This document shows, piece by piece, positions 1 to 12,564 of a stretch of DNA of 64,000 nt. Position 1 is the first letter of the stretch. Every line of letters starts with the position of its first letter. The notes beneath the pieces were generated by a model, which was given only the letters and a program-made list of their open reading frames with translations, was not told where the DNA came from and ran no database searches. Made by a program: the position numbers and the translations under genes. Source of the stretch: Mobula hypostoma (Eukaryota); contig NC_086097.1 in the NCBI RefSeq assembly GCF_963921235.1, positions 121,646,001-121,710,000 of the forward strand, written 5' to 3'.

Positions 1-272
1 CCTTGCAGATTCCTGTTAACTGGTGTGGGAGAAGTTTGTCTGAGGCTGCCAGTGCTAAATGCTTGTAAGAACACCAACCATATGTTGACTTAAGTGGAAT
101 CTGAATGCGCAGAGAAGCTAATATTGTCGGAGGCGTTTAACTCCAACAAGACATGAATTTCTCTCTGAGTCATTTAACTTTTCCAATCTTTCAACTAATA
201 CAATGTTTTAATGCTTTTGCTGCAAGAATTCAGTTTGTCTTTTTTTAAAACAAGTATCTCTTTGTCTTTTAG

Positions 273-484
273 AGACTATTTCCTTGTGCATTCAGCTGTC
301 TACCATCAATCCTAGTCTGTATACAGTGTCCTTGCAGTTCTTCTCTCTTCTTCTGGTGGAAGAGGGAAAGCGGCAGCTTGGAGCAGAAGGTCAACCACTC
401 ATGTCTCCTTCACTTACAAAGCTTCTGGATGAAGCTGAAGATGATGTATCATCAGGGAGCAAGATCTGTGAGAACATATTACAG
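273..484 (+). CDS. RTTN: Rotatin coding exon (1st in window; gene starts upstream of window)
   Basis: Pyrimidine tract + AG at 271-272 (an alternative AG at 273-274 is possible); donor CAG|GTATTC at 484/485. Encodes TISLCIQLSTINPSLYTVSLQFFSLLLVEE...KICENILQ and joins in phase 0 to SYEGKSS, as in the vertebrate RTTN ...LQSYEGKSS motif. Confidence 0.85.
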
Positions 485-1029
485 GTATTCTGAAATAATA
501 CAACACAATACATTCATTGTAATTATTTTGAATGTGTTAAGAATCCAAGCTAAAGTATTCAATTTCTATTTAAACTTAGAAGTGAATTACTGTATTGCAA
601 CATGTCATTTGGAGGCTTCTTAAACATTAGAATAAAGATATTTAGACTCAGATTGAGATTTAAGGGGAACATATAATGAAATGCGTCATTTGTGTTAACA
701 ACCAACACACCCAAGGATGTGCTGGGGGCAGCCCATAAGTGTTTCCGCACTTTCCGCCACCAGTCATACTCGACAGAACATGACAAAACAGAACACAATA
801 AGCAACTGAACAACAACAGTGAAACAAGCCGTTTCTCCCTCCCACTCATATACCCACGTGCACACATAGTCCTCCAACACCAAGAGTTGAACTTTGATCA
901 TTATTTTTACCAAACTTTTCATTTAAAACACTAAAGCATTGTTAGGTTTAAGAATTGCCAGGAAATTCACTCATCATCTTCAGTGTATGAGACTCCATTA
1001 GTTAGATATCTGGTTTCTCTTCATAAATC

Positions 1030-1700
1030 AGCCCCGAACAGTCCTTCCAGGTGAGACAACACCTCATTTCTGAGTCTGCTGGGGTCATCTATTGCATCCA
1101 GTGCTCCCGGTGCGGCCTCCTCTACATCGGTGAAACCCGACGCAGATTGGGGGACCGCTTCATCGGCACCTCCACTCCGTCCACCACAACAGACAGGATC
1201 TCCCGGTAGCCACCCACTTCAACTCTGCCTCCCATTCCCATTCAGATATGTCCATACATGGCCTCCTCTACCGCCATGATGAGGCTAAACTCAGGTTGGA
1301 GGAGCAACACCTCATGTACCGTCTAGGTAGTCTCCAACCCCTTGGTACGAACATAGAATTCTCCAACTTCCGGTAATTCCCTCCCCCTCCCTTCCTCTAT
1401 CCCAATTTCACTCTACCCCCTCCCCCAGCTCCCTCATGGTTCCCTACTGTCCATTGTTTCTAGGGCTATGACGTCAATGCTTCCCCTCCCCCGCCCCTTT
1501 GTCTTTCAAATTACTGGTCTTTCAACTGAAGCTACAAGCATTCTTCAAATCCTTCCCCATCTTTCATTCTTCAGTCCTGACGAAGGGTTCCGGCCTGAAA
1601 TGTCGACTCATCGTTTCTGACTGATGCTGCCCGACCTGCTGAGTTCATCCAGTGTACTGAAAGTGTTGCTTTGATCACAGCATCTGCAGATTATTTTGTG
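1030..1700 (+). mobile_element. Penelope-like element 3' fragment (GIY-YIG C-terminus + pLTR)
   Basis: Homologous to 30130-30870 of the full element (GVIYCIQCSRCGLLYIGETRRRLGDRF); hammerhead motif at 1573-1608. Confidence 0.9.
1573..1608 (+). ncRNA. Minimal type I hammerhead ribozyme motif
   Basis: AGTC-CTGACGA-AGGgttccggCCT-GAAA-tg-TC^GACT. Confidence 0.75.
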
Positions 1701-1829
1701 TTATCAATCATGATCAAATGACTGGCAGAACATGCTCAGAGGTTCATGTGGGTTACTGCCTCTTCTATTTACTGTTTCCGTGATGTAAATGCAGGGTACA
1801 ATTGTCAATGAATAACTCTGTGTGATCTT

Positions 1830-2370
1830 TATTCTAAGAGGATTTCAGCTCCAGAGCAGCGATGTCTTGTAGCAATTATATAGAGCCCCGATGGGACCAC
1901 ATCTATAACGTTGGTTTCCATAACTAAGCAATCTTTGCTGTAAATCCTGTCCTAGAGAGAGTGCAGCAACAATTTACCAGAATGATAACTGGGATGATGA
2001 GTTTGTCATATGAATAGAGACTAAGTCACTGATATTAAGTTGAGAACAATGAAAGGTGATCTCATTAAAGCATAGAAAATTGCTTAGGGATTTATGTGGT
2101 AGATGCAAAGTTGATATTTTTCCTGGCTGGGATGTCTAGAACCAGGAATTAAAATCTCAAATTAGAGGACCGGCAATTCAGATCAAAGCTAAGGAGGAAT
2201 TTCTTCACTCCTAAAGTCTTGAGATCTCACTGCTCAAAAGAGATCTTCTGGAGCATTTGTTCAGTCTAGTCAAGACAAATTGCTAGATTTATCGTCATTA
2301 AGAGAAACGTGAAAAGTAACGTTGTGGTAAGCGATCAGGGCTGGTGTATGGAGCTAAATGGCTACATCCG
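1830..2370 (+). mobile_element. Degraded CR1 LINE 3' fragment
   Basis: Similar to the 3' ends of other CR1 copies here (tagagagagtgcagcaacaatttaccagaatgat, ggtgatctcatt, ggaatttcttcactc). Confidence 0.65.
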
Positions 2371-2499
2371 CTGTTATTGTTTATCTCCTCAAATGCATGA
2401 GACATCGGCCAGAGCTAATATCCTAGGTCAGTGATTTTTCATTTTTACTAAAAACATCAAAGAAAGCTTTTAGTTATTGCTTATTTTTTTAAGGATACA

Positions 2500-2795
2500 G
2501 ATTAGTTTGTTTGTCACATGGATATCAAAGCGTAGAGTGAGTTAAGTTGTTTGCATCATAACATTCAGCAAGGATCGTGCTGGGGGCAGTTTGCAAGTGT
2601 CGCTATGCTTCCAGTACCAACATAGCATGCCCGCAACTTACTAGCCATACCCATACGTCTTTGGGATGTGGGAGGAAACTGAAGCACCAAGGGCAAATCT
2701 GCCTGGTTCTGGGGAGAATGTACAGACTCCTTACAGACACCGATGGGATTTAAACTCCAATTGGGGATTGTTGTAAAGCAATTGCGCTAACTGTA
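2500..2795 (-). mobile_element. tRNA-derived SINE (V-SINE/HE1-like)
   Basis: Reverse complement of the SINE at 20515-20820 (ctgtaaggagtctgtacattctcccc core). Confidence 0.7.
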
Positions 2796-3104
2796 TACAA
2801 CTGAGTCTTCTGCATACATTATTATATGCTAATGATAGTATACTCAGACCCCATCCAGATCTTTTGGTTGTGAGATCAGGGCTCGGGAAGGTGTTCATTG
2901 TTCATGGCACTTGTGGGGTGGTGGCACTCTGAAGAACACAGTTAAGCTGTTAAACAAGACCAAGCGTATTCCAGGTGGTGGTCCTCAGATTCACGTCATC
3001 CAATTCCCTGCTGATGGCACAGGGGATAGAGGTACCCCATGCCCAACCGCCATGCAATTGCTGCCAAATAGGAAAGCGTGACTCATGACTGGATATTCTG
3101 TCTG

Positions 3105-3505
3105 CCTGCTCTGTCACTGACGTTACGGACAGCAGTAAAGGTCCTCCATCCCTGGCAGTGTTCAAGGCTTCCTTCATCATGTCAGTAGCTTCCCCTCGGT
3201 TTTCACTCCTGTCAGTCATGTAAGTCCGGGTGGAGATTCAGGAATACTGTCACACTGAGATGTAGAATAATTCTTCCTTGCTTTTTCCATAACAATTTTA
3301 TTTTATCAGTCAGAATTATTAGCCCTGAGCTGAACCCCAAACCTGGAGAAGCGCTGGACCACTCTTGGTCTGTCCTCTACCCTTTCATTTGTTGGCATGG
3401 GTGACCCTACCAAGAACCAAAGCATAAATCCCTGACTCCATCCAATATAGCTCTCCAGGTCATTGAAGCACACAAGCCTCCAAGCCACAACGAGGATGGC
3501 TATGT
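3105..3505 (-). mobile_element. Non-autonomous RTE-derived bipartite element
   Basis: Reverse complement aligns along its length with 58265-58662; RTE-type 5' UTR plus a 3' tail resembling 60290-60350. Confidence 0.75.
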
Positions 3506-6500
3506 GCTTGGTTGAATTTCCCGAGTAGTACAATTTAACCCATTAATGAAAGCAGCTATATTTTTTTACTCTAGAATTTTGCGTACAATTATAACTGTGA
3601 ACTAGGTACCCAATATGTTGACTCCACCTGCCCTTCCTGCTGAAATCCAGGGTCCCGAGCATGTCTAGCAAGGTCCGGTTGAACCTCTCTGGCTGGGAAT
3701 CACCCTGTGGGTTATAGGGCGTGGTCCTCGACTTCTTGACTCCAAGTATGCCCAGTAACTCACGGATGAGTCTGCTCTCGAAATCCCGTCTCTGATCACA
3801 ATATATTCACTTGGGAAGGCCATAATAAATGAAATACTCCCATAACACCTTTGCCACTGTAGACACCCTCTGGTCCTAGGAAAAGCCTGAGCATATCTGG
3901 TGTAGTGGTCCGTGATGACTAAGACATTCACCATGTTGCTGGCATCGGGTTCTATTGACAGGAAGCCCATACACACCAGGTCCAGAGGCCCCGCACTCTG
4001 AAGGTGGGACAAGGGAGCTGCCCGCATGGGCAGTGTCTTCTGCTATATGCATCGAATGCATGACTTGCAGTATTCTTCAACCTCCGTCTTCATTCGGGGC
4101 CAGTAAAACCGGACTCTGAACAATCCATAGGTCTTTTCCACCCTCAAATGTCCAGAATCATCATGAAGTGATTTCAACACCATCCTCCAATACTTCTCGG
4201 GCAGAACCAGCTGGCAATGCTGGGGTTGGTCTGGGGGTGACGTGACCCGGTATAAGATCTGGTTCTTCAACTCCAACCGAAGCCATTCTCGTAGTAATGG
4301 AGGCACCGACACGTGTTTCATCCTCTCCGCCTGAGCCATGACTCCCTTTTCAACCGCTGCCCAAATGGTACCAATGCCCGGGTCATCTTGCTGCGCAGCA
4401 GCCACTTCCCCAGAACTCAATTCCGGCAGCTGATTTGTCTTCAGAGCAGTCAGGGTACAATGAACTTGGGAGATGTCGTCATCAGAAGCCCCCAATTGAT
4501 CCACCACTCGCTCCTGCCCCTCCTTTCCCTCTGCCTTCACGGTGATGGCAAACTGACACAGGGCCTTCACCCCCGAGGCAGGAACGCTCTCCCACTCTCA
4601 TCCCTGACCAGTCCCTCATCCACCCATCAGGACAAAGCATTAACATCAATATTCCTGCTTCCCGGCCGGTACTTCAGGCTGAAATCATAGGCAGACAACA
4701 CTGCCAACCACCGATGGCCTGTGGCATCCAGTTTCCCCAAGGTCAGGATACAAGTTAGGAGGTTGTTGTCCACCTCAAACTTGGCCCCGTAGAGGTAGTC
4801 ACTCAACTTATCTACCACCAGCCACTTCAACGCTAGAAATTCCAACTTGTTTGTTGGATAGTTTTTCCTCAGAGGGCGACAGACTCCGGCTGACAAACGC
4901 AACGGGCTCAACCCAGAGCCCTGATGCTGATACAGGATGCCCCTTAAACCCTCTCCACTAGCATCGGTGTGCAGTACATACGGTAATCAGGGGTCTGCAA
5001 AAGCCAGCACCGGCGCCTGGGTCAGCAGCTCCTTCAGCGACTGGAAGGCCTCCTCACGTTTTGCATCCCAGCTTGGTCCAAAGGGCTCCGATGGACTAAG
5101 ATACTCTCCACCCTCCTGTCCTTTTCTCACCCCTCCCTTTCTTCCCCAAGGGAGGGTAACTAATTCAAAGGGTGACTCAATTTTGCATAACCTTTCACGA
5201 ACCTCTGATAGTAACCACAGAACCCAAGGAACGAGCGCAAAGCACTCACAGTCTGGGGTCTTGGCCAAGTGGAAACCACCTCGATCTTAGCTGGGTCTGT
5301 AGCTACCCCATCTTCTGAGACTATGTGCCCAACGTAGCTAACAGACATTTGGCAGAACTGGCACTTGTCCAGGGAAAGTTTTAACCCTTCAGCTTTCAGG
5401 CGGCCCAGCACCTTCAGCAGCCCCGCTTCATGTACTTCCAAGGTGGATCCAAATACTATGAGGTCATCCAGATACATAAACACCTCAAGCAAGTTCACAT
5501 CCCCCACAATCTTTTCCATGACCCGCTGGAAGGTTGCAGGAGCTCCCAAGTTGCCCTGGAGCATCCTTTCGAACTGGAAAAATCCAAGTGGACATATAAA
5601 TGCCATTTTCTCTTTGTCAGCCTCACTCGTGGGGATCTGGTAATATCCATTCCTCAAGTCCAGCACACTGAACCACCGCACCACTCAGGCAGGCCAACGT
5701 GTCTTCAATCCTTGGGACAGTATACTGGTCAGGGATGGTGTGCCTGTTCAGAGTCCTATAGTCCACATACATCTGTATCTTCCCATTCTTCTTTCGGGCC
5801 ACCACTACTGGGGACGCATAGGGGCTTCAGGACTCGGTGATGATCCCAGCTTCCTTCAACTTACACAAATGCTGCCGAACGTCCTCCGCCTATGCAGGGG
5901 CCAGTTGCTGCGACCTTTCTCAGAACGGGGTGTCCTTAGTCACCTAGATATTATGATGCGTGCTCTTGGAACAACCCACATCAAACTCGTCAGTGGAAAA
6001 GACACCTTCCAGCTTCAACATCTTCTCTACCAGCCTCCTCTTCCAACCCGCAGGAACCGGGGAGTCCTTGAAGTTGAATGACTCAGCGGTCAACTTTCCC
6101 CACTTTTCCAATAGTTTCTCCCCGGCCTGTCTCACAGGGGCATTAGATATTACTGCCACCAGGAACAAATGCGCCAGGGGCATCCTCTGCTTGAAGGTGA
6201 CCCTCCCTCTTCGCAGTGTTCCGGACAATCACTGCCAACCTGTGTTCTAGTACAACCGTGGGCTTCTGCAATTCAGGCGTCACTAGTACCCCAGAAGGAA
6301 ATCCCGACTCCCCCTCGTGGTCTTCCAGAGCGTCTACGAAGAGGACTTTGTCCTCAGGAACTCCGGGAAATTTGGGAGTCCCCATCACTCTCGCTACTTC
6401 CCCAGGCCATACCACCATTGGCTTCGACTGGGTGAACCACACAGTCCCGTGTTTAAATTCGGTATCTGGCCCAATGCTGCCACGCACTTCCTCAAAAGCA

Positions 6501-8208
6501 GCTCGAAACCCCGGGTGCACAGAGAATGTTCCCAGAAAGCTCTCACCCGCCTTCTCCTTACAGGCCCCCATGAGCCTCTTAACAAAAGGGGTGTTGGTCC
6601 CCACCAGAACTGAAATGCTGCCCGTCTCAACGGGGTCCGGACAAACCAGCACCAATGTATCAAGGACCTTTGACACTCCCACTTCGGCCTCCGGGAACTC
6701 CAACTTCACTGACAAATAACCATCATATGGATAATCACTAGCACTAAGCCCCCAGATCTCCAGTGCCCTGAATGCTGTCAATGGTAAATGCTTCAGATAC
6801 AGGTTGTAAAATGAACAGTATAACAATGTGACCTGCGACTCGGTGTCGAGTATGGCTTTAGCATAAATACCCTCTCTTCATAGCGACACACTGGAGGAGC
6901 ATGGACCCACTAAGTCTTCAGGAATTGGGCCTTTCGCTTTCGGAGGTTCCTTGGTACATTGCTGGGAACGTGTTCCCCCAGAGACACCAGGCCATTCCCA
7001 TACTTGGTCTCCTCTAAGTTTTTCCAACGACTCTCTCTGCTGAGGTACCCAGGGGCTCCCTCTCCTTCTGGCGTGACACCTGCTGCCAGCAGCCCTCTGC
7101 ATTGTTCATCCCCTCAGGGGATCCACCCCCACCCCCGCCATTGGCTCCATCATATGGGGAGGGGGTCACACCCACTGATAACAGCCGACATATCTCCGTT
7201 CTCAACTCTGCCACAATCTCCTCTACCGCTCCCCAGGGTAGGCTATCTGTGGTCACTTCACCGCAGGGGACCACTACCGAGGACTGTACCCTGCTGACAG
7301 AGGCCTCCTGCGCCTCTGCCGCGTTCTCCTTTTCCCGTACCTCTCTGATCAGCTCAACAAAAGATGGAGGGGGGCACATCTAACGAGACTGTCGGAGACC
7401 CCACGCAATCAGGTCCTGGGACTGGGCGCCCCTGGCTGTCTGGTCCGTTCTTAACTGATCCACCTCAGCCGCCTGAATGACCCCTCTGCTCCGCAATCAA
7501 TTTAGCTGCCTCTCCAGCCGAAAAATAAAAGCAGAAAACTTCTCCCTCTTCTCCTGACACATGTTTTGAAACCCCACCAGGAGCTCCATTAGGCTTCCAG
7601 TCGGACCAAAGCATTGTCCTGTGCTTGCAGATAATTGACAGCTGTCGCTACGGGAGATTTCAACCTGACAGCTCTCACAACGTCAGCAGCCCGCCCACTC
7701 AAACTTTCAACCAATCTGTGTCGCTTTTCATCATCAGAGCACTGCCACTCATCTAACAACGGAGAGGTCTGCTCCGCCCAAGTCTCATACTCCTCCTCCC
7801 CTTTAGGGGTGGGTGTTATTCCAGAGAATAGGCGGAGCCTGCCATAGCTGGGACTTTGAGTCTGATTTTTCCATTTATTCACCAGAGAAGTAAGGGCAGA
7901 TACTAACTCAGAATTCTCACTCTTCACCGGTAGATGTGGACTAATTAAACATTCCAAATCCGACCATTCTTTCCCCTCACTCCTCAGAAATGAGAGAACC
8001 CTGTCTTTGAAATCTCCGTCCCCAGCTACCGCCACTTCAGCGCTGGTCTGCATTAAAACGAGAGCTGCGCCAGCCATTTTATCAAACCTCCGCTCACAAT
8101 TGCAACTTTAACATTTCCTAACAATGGAATTAACAATTCATCGGGAGTACAAATATCTGCCCCACTGGTTCATTGTTCAGGGTAATCACACAGCATCAAA
8201 TGGAATCA

Positions 8209-8227
8209 ATCCCAAACGTGGCCCCCA
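8209..8227 (-). promoter_or_regulatory. Primer-binding site, tRNA-Pro-like
   Basis: - strand TGGGGGCCACGTTTGGGAT resembles the tRNA-Pro PBS TGGGGGCTCGTCCGGGAT; 4 nt from the LTR end. Confidence 0.75.
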
Positions 8228-8231
8228 CAAT

Positions 8232-8851
8232 TGTAACTCTCATTTCGGCTAGTGACTTAATATAGGGGGTGATAATCCCCGGCCCAGCCAAACTTAAGAA
8301 ATCTCGTTTGGATGGATGCTGCACGATGTGTTCCCTGTTACAAATCAGTACCCCGAAATAACAAACAGTACACAATATGTGATTAAACGATTAAGCTTTA
8401 TAATTCTTACTTGGACTATATGGTTAGTAAAGAAACAAAAAAAAAGGGCCCAGTCTTATTAAGCAGTCTGTTGCGCAAAGTTGGAGCTCACTGATCAGTA
8501 GATTGTTCACCATTGACCTCCGATCGTCGCTACCCTTCGGACCCTCGCTCCAAGTCCACCCCGTCCAGCTGTCTACCAATTCTCTCCATTCGCGGCTTCT
8601 TTCCTCATCTCTCCCTGGCAAAAGCCTGCGAAAAATCTCCTTCCAAATTCACAAGACAAAGCAACAAAATCCTGATTGGCTAACATGCATACCATAGTCC
8701 TGTTATCTCCAGCCATAACCCAAACGTTGCTGCTACAGAGAAACTGTTACCTCAGCAGTGAACATTACAGAGAAGCCATTTCATTAGCCTTAGCAGTGAA
8801 ACATTGCAGAGAAGCCGTTACATTAGCAGTGAATCCTAACAACGCGTTACA
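8232..8851 (-). repeat. 5' LTR of the Gypsy element (620 bp)
   Basis: Termini TGTAAC...GTTACA; followed on the - strand by a PBS; internal direct repeats (agcagtgaa...cagagaagcc) at 8754-8833. Confidence 0.85.
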
Positions 8852-8874
8852 TTTAGATGCACAATGTTGATGAA

Positions 8875-9368
8875 GTGACATGAACATTGATTGCTCCAAT
8901 TTCCAGTAACTTCTCTCCTCCACGTCCCACTTCTCTCTTATTCCATTTCCCCATTCTGGCTCCCCTTTTGCCCATTCTCCTCACCTGCCTATCACCTTGC
9001 TCTAGTGCCCTTCCTCCTTCCCATTCTCCCATGATCCAAACTCCTCTCCTATCAAATTCCTTCTTCAACTCTTCACTTCCTTCACCTGTCACCTCCCAGT
9101 TTCACATTTCATCTCCCTCCTCCACCCAGCTACTTTTCCCCTCACCTCGCTTCACCTATCTCCTTGCAGCTTGTTCTCCTTCCCCTCCACCAGGTGCTTA
9201 TTCTGGCTTCTTCCTCTTTCCTTTCTAGACCAGATGAAGGGGCTTGACTCAAAATATTGACTCTCCATTGTCCTCTCCACAGATGCTGCCTAACCTGCGG
9301 CATTTTGTTTCTCCAAAATTTTGTGTGTTGCTCTGGTTTTCCAGCATCTGCTAGAATTTCTTGTGTTC
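8875..9368 (+). mobile_element. Old PLE pLTR fragment
   Basis: ORF end (tgaacattga...ttccagtaa), pyrimidine tract, decayed hammerhead (~9228-9262), agatgctgcc...ccagcatctgc terminus. Confidence 0.8.
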
Positions 9369-9592
9369 ACGATGTTAAAGAAACATTGCCCTGTGTATGA
9401 ACAACTTGGCCAGTCTTTTTTTTGTGGAATCAGTTATTCACAATCAATATTGCAGAACTTGAAATAGTGTAATTTGAAAACCAAATTTGAGTAAGGTAAA
9501 GGAAAAATGTAAACATTTTATTTCAGTGTTTTGTATATAAAATTATTTTCAGTTTCTTGTTATTGATCTTGATGTGGTGTTTTCTTTTGTAG

Positions 9593-9698
9593 AGCTACGA
9601 GGGTAAATCATCTGAAGATACTCAGAGGAAAGTTGCTGCAGGTGCTCTCACCACATTACTTCCTGTGAGTGCCTGTGCACAGAAACACGCCTTGCAGG
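9593..9698 (+). CDS. RTTN: Rotatin coding exon 2 in window
   Basis: tttcttttgtag|AGC...CAGG|gtgagt; 106 nt; SYEGKSSEDTQRKVAAGALTTLLPVSACAQKHALQ matches remembered RTTN [34 protein letters not shown]. Confidence 0.95.
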
Positions 9699-9775
9699 GT
9701 GAGTGATACAAGTATTAGAGTGCCCTTGTAAAATCAGCTCTGTCTAACATGAAGTTATCAGAAAAGTAAGCTATA

Positions 9776-10321
9776 GGCTCAGTGGCCACTTTATTAGGCC
9801 ACCTGTACACCTGCTCATTAATGCAGCCAATCATGTGGCAGCAACTCAATGCATAAAAGCATGCTGGTATGGTCAAGGGATTCAGTTGTTGTTCAGACCA
9901 AACATCAGATTGGGGAATAAATGTGATCTAAGTGATCTTGTCTGTGGAATGATTGTTGCTGCCAGACAGAGTGGTTTGAATATCTCAAAAACTCCTGGGA
10001 TTTTCACACACAACAGTTCTTAGAAATTACAGAGAATGGTGCAAAAACAAAAAAAAACACCCAGTGAGCGGCAGTTCTGTTGACAAATGCACCTTGTTAA
10101 TGAGAGAGGTCACAGGAGAATGGTCAGACTGGTTCAAGCTGACAGGAAGGTGACAGTAAGTCAAGTAACCTCATTTACAACAGTAGTGTGTAGAAGAGCA
10201 TTTCTGAACGCATAACGTCAAACCTTAAAGTGGATGGGCTGTAGCAGCAGAAGATCATGAACATTCCCTCGTGGCTGCTTTATTAGATATTTGAGTTATC
10301 TAATAAACTGACCACTGAGTA
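9776..10321 (+). mobile_element. Internally deleted Tc1/mariner element
   Basis: TIRs ctcagtggccactttattagg / ctaataaactgaccactgagt; remnant of the transposase N-terminus (KCDLSD...GMIVAARQSGLNISKT). Confidence 0.85.
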
Positions 10322-11424
10322 TAAATTTTATTATGTTTGATTAAACATATTACATTATTACAATTTTGATGCCTTTAATGGAGTAAACTTGAATAATCAA
10401 ACAAAATTGGATACCTTCTATCTTAAGAAAATATTGAAATTAGCAATTAAAGATTAAGTTTATTTGGCACATGAACATCAAAGCATACTGTGAAATTTAT
10501 CGTTGCATCAACATAGCCAACGTAACAAACACCTCCTGCAGCCTGCAAGTGTTACCATGTGTCCAGTGGTAACGTAGAATGAGTGTTGCATTAGCTTGGT
10601 AAGGAGGCAGGTTTGGAGAAACATTTTAAGGTGGAAAAATAGGGGGAGTGTTTAGTAAGAGCTAGTTATGTTAAGATACTGCCACCGAAGTTGGAACAAT
10701 GAAGAAAGGGGAAAGAGCAAGGTTAGAATTGGAGCCATTTAGAAATTTTAAAATTTGTAGAGGTGAAGAAAGACAGCAAAAGTAAGATCTTGAAGCATTA
10801 AAGATTAAGAAAGGAACCTTACTCTGGAGTTTTGTCAGAGTCTGAGTCGATCAACAGGAATGGGGGAAGATCCGATGTAATATGTGAACTCAAGGACGTA
10901 TTCACCTAAATATTTTGATGATTGGTGATTGTTCAAATGACAGCATGCCATACACTGTTTGACCCATTGATGCAAACTTCATTTGCACCTGAGGTCCAAA
11001 GCCTCATGCAATGATAGAGCATGGTAAAAGGACTTGCACCAATCTTTTTTGGAAATGTGCCACAGAAGTTATGCTTGGTGGAGATGGGGCGGGGGGGTGG
11101 CGGGTTTAGAATAAGGAAAGTAAGGATTTGTGATCATGGGACCAACTGAGACTTCTTTTCAAATTGATGAGAGGCTGGATATGTAGAAGAAGATTCATGG
11201 ATTAGCCAAATGGCCAGAGAGAAGGTAAGTGAAAGATGGTGATCAGTTACTGGGTTTAGATGAGTATGAAATGTGATGTCCAGTAAGTGGAAGGGAAGAT
11301 GCAGATTGGGTCTTTCATTATGAACTTTGAGGAACAAGATGTTGTGGGCCCTAATTAACTAAGATTGTGATTATGAATTTCAGATTTGGAGTTCAAGACT
11401 GATGGAGAAGACAAGATAAATTAA

Positions 11425-11720
11425 AGATTAGTTTTATTTGTCACATTTACATTGAAGCATACAGTGAAATGCATCATTTGTGTGAAATCAAATCAGTAAA
11501 GATTGTGTTGAACAGCCCATGAGTGCTGCCATTCTTCTGGCATCCCTCAGCTCACTAGCCCTGACCTGTATGTCTTTGGAATGTGCGAGGAACACCCTGA
11601 GGAAACACATGTGGTCATGGGACAAATTAACAAATTCAGATAGCGGCAGGAATCAAACACCAGTCTTGTAGCCAGTTCTGTAAAGGATTGCAGGAACCAT
11701 GACATTACCATGCCACCCCA
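11425..11720 (-). mobile_element. tRNA-derived SINE
   Basis: Same family as 21260-21535 (aagattag...tttatttgtcacat tail; taccatgccaccc head). Confidence 0.65.
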
Positions 11721-12389
11721 CTAGCTCCCACGCCACCCCAATAAATGCGGCAGAAATAGTTGAGTGAGTGCTCCCAAATGTCACAGGTGTTCAGTAGGCA
11801 AACTTCACAGAGTATTTCCTGGTAAGTGGTTGCATGTTCAATCTCCACTGCTGGGCTGCATGAGGTATCCAAATCCAATGTGTAATCAGAAACTTCTTGC
11901 AAAGTTTGGTGCTTTCACATTTACATGCCCAGCTTCACTCCAGTTATAGAGGGGAATGCTAATAGTTCCACAGGGAGCTCTCATACTTAAAAGGCTCGCT
12001 GTGGTAATCAAGTTCCTTCCTGAGCTCATTCCTCCCCAGCTCTGACTATTACTATCATCAAGCTTTCCAGGAGTTATCTCTTACTTCATCCAACTTGCAT
12101 TTATTCCTTCCTTGTTCACCACACCTTTGGCTATCCATGTCTGTGCTCTGTAACTTCCCCTCTTAACACATAGCTTACTTTTCCTTCTGCTTTCAATTTG
12201 TCCTTTGAAACTCTTTAACCATGTTACCATCATTACTTGTCCTCAATGTATTCATGTTTTTCAGTGCCCATTTTCTGTCTAATCACACCTTCCAATCAGT
12301 TTTCTCTTAAGTGCGAGATGTGATTATTTTGTATTCTTAGTCACAATCACATGAATTAGTTGTCATATGATATCCATAATTAGAATTTA

Positions 12390-12517
12390 AAAGCAACAAG
12401 CGTCTGCTGGAGGAATTTAGCTGGTGAACGGCGTCAGTGGGAGGAAAGGAATGGTTGACATTTCCGACAGATTATTTGTTTCTTCAGTTTCCAGCATCTG
12501 CAGTCTCATGTATATTC
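12390..12517. mobile_element. PLE-derived palindromic mini-element
   Basis: pLTR ends in opposite orientations; TSD attagaattta at 12379-12389 and 12518-12528. Confidence 0.65.
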
Positions 12518-12564
12518 ATTAGAATTTATAACGTTAAAAAGAGTTCAAAGAACATAGATCTGAA

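Larger units (their letters stand above)
3570..8851 (-). mobile_element. Gypsy/Ty3 LTR retrotransposon, 3'-truncated and decayed
   Basis: PNMA-like gag (YGRLRLFSGITPTPKGEEEYETW, 7589-8077), protease remnant (AILDTESQVT ~6826-6860), RT (YLDD, 5160-5684), RNase H (LHTDAS; KLEFLALKW), integrase HHCC (LHDDSGH...CKSCIRC) and core, in Gypsy order. Many frameshifts; ends within integrase near 3570. Confidence 0.95.

Noticed and set aside
485..492. U12-type donor for the first RTTN intron (GTATTCTG)
   Set aside because: Differs from the U12 consensus GTATCCTT and has an ordinary CAG|GT context; no U12 branch site recognised at the acceptor.
8754..8833. Short direct repeats resembling a CRISPR-like array
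   Set aside because: Only 2-3 imperfect tandem units within an LTR, with no unique spacers, in eukaryotic DNA.
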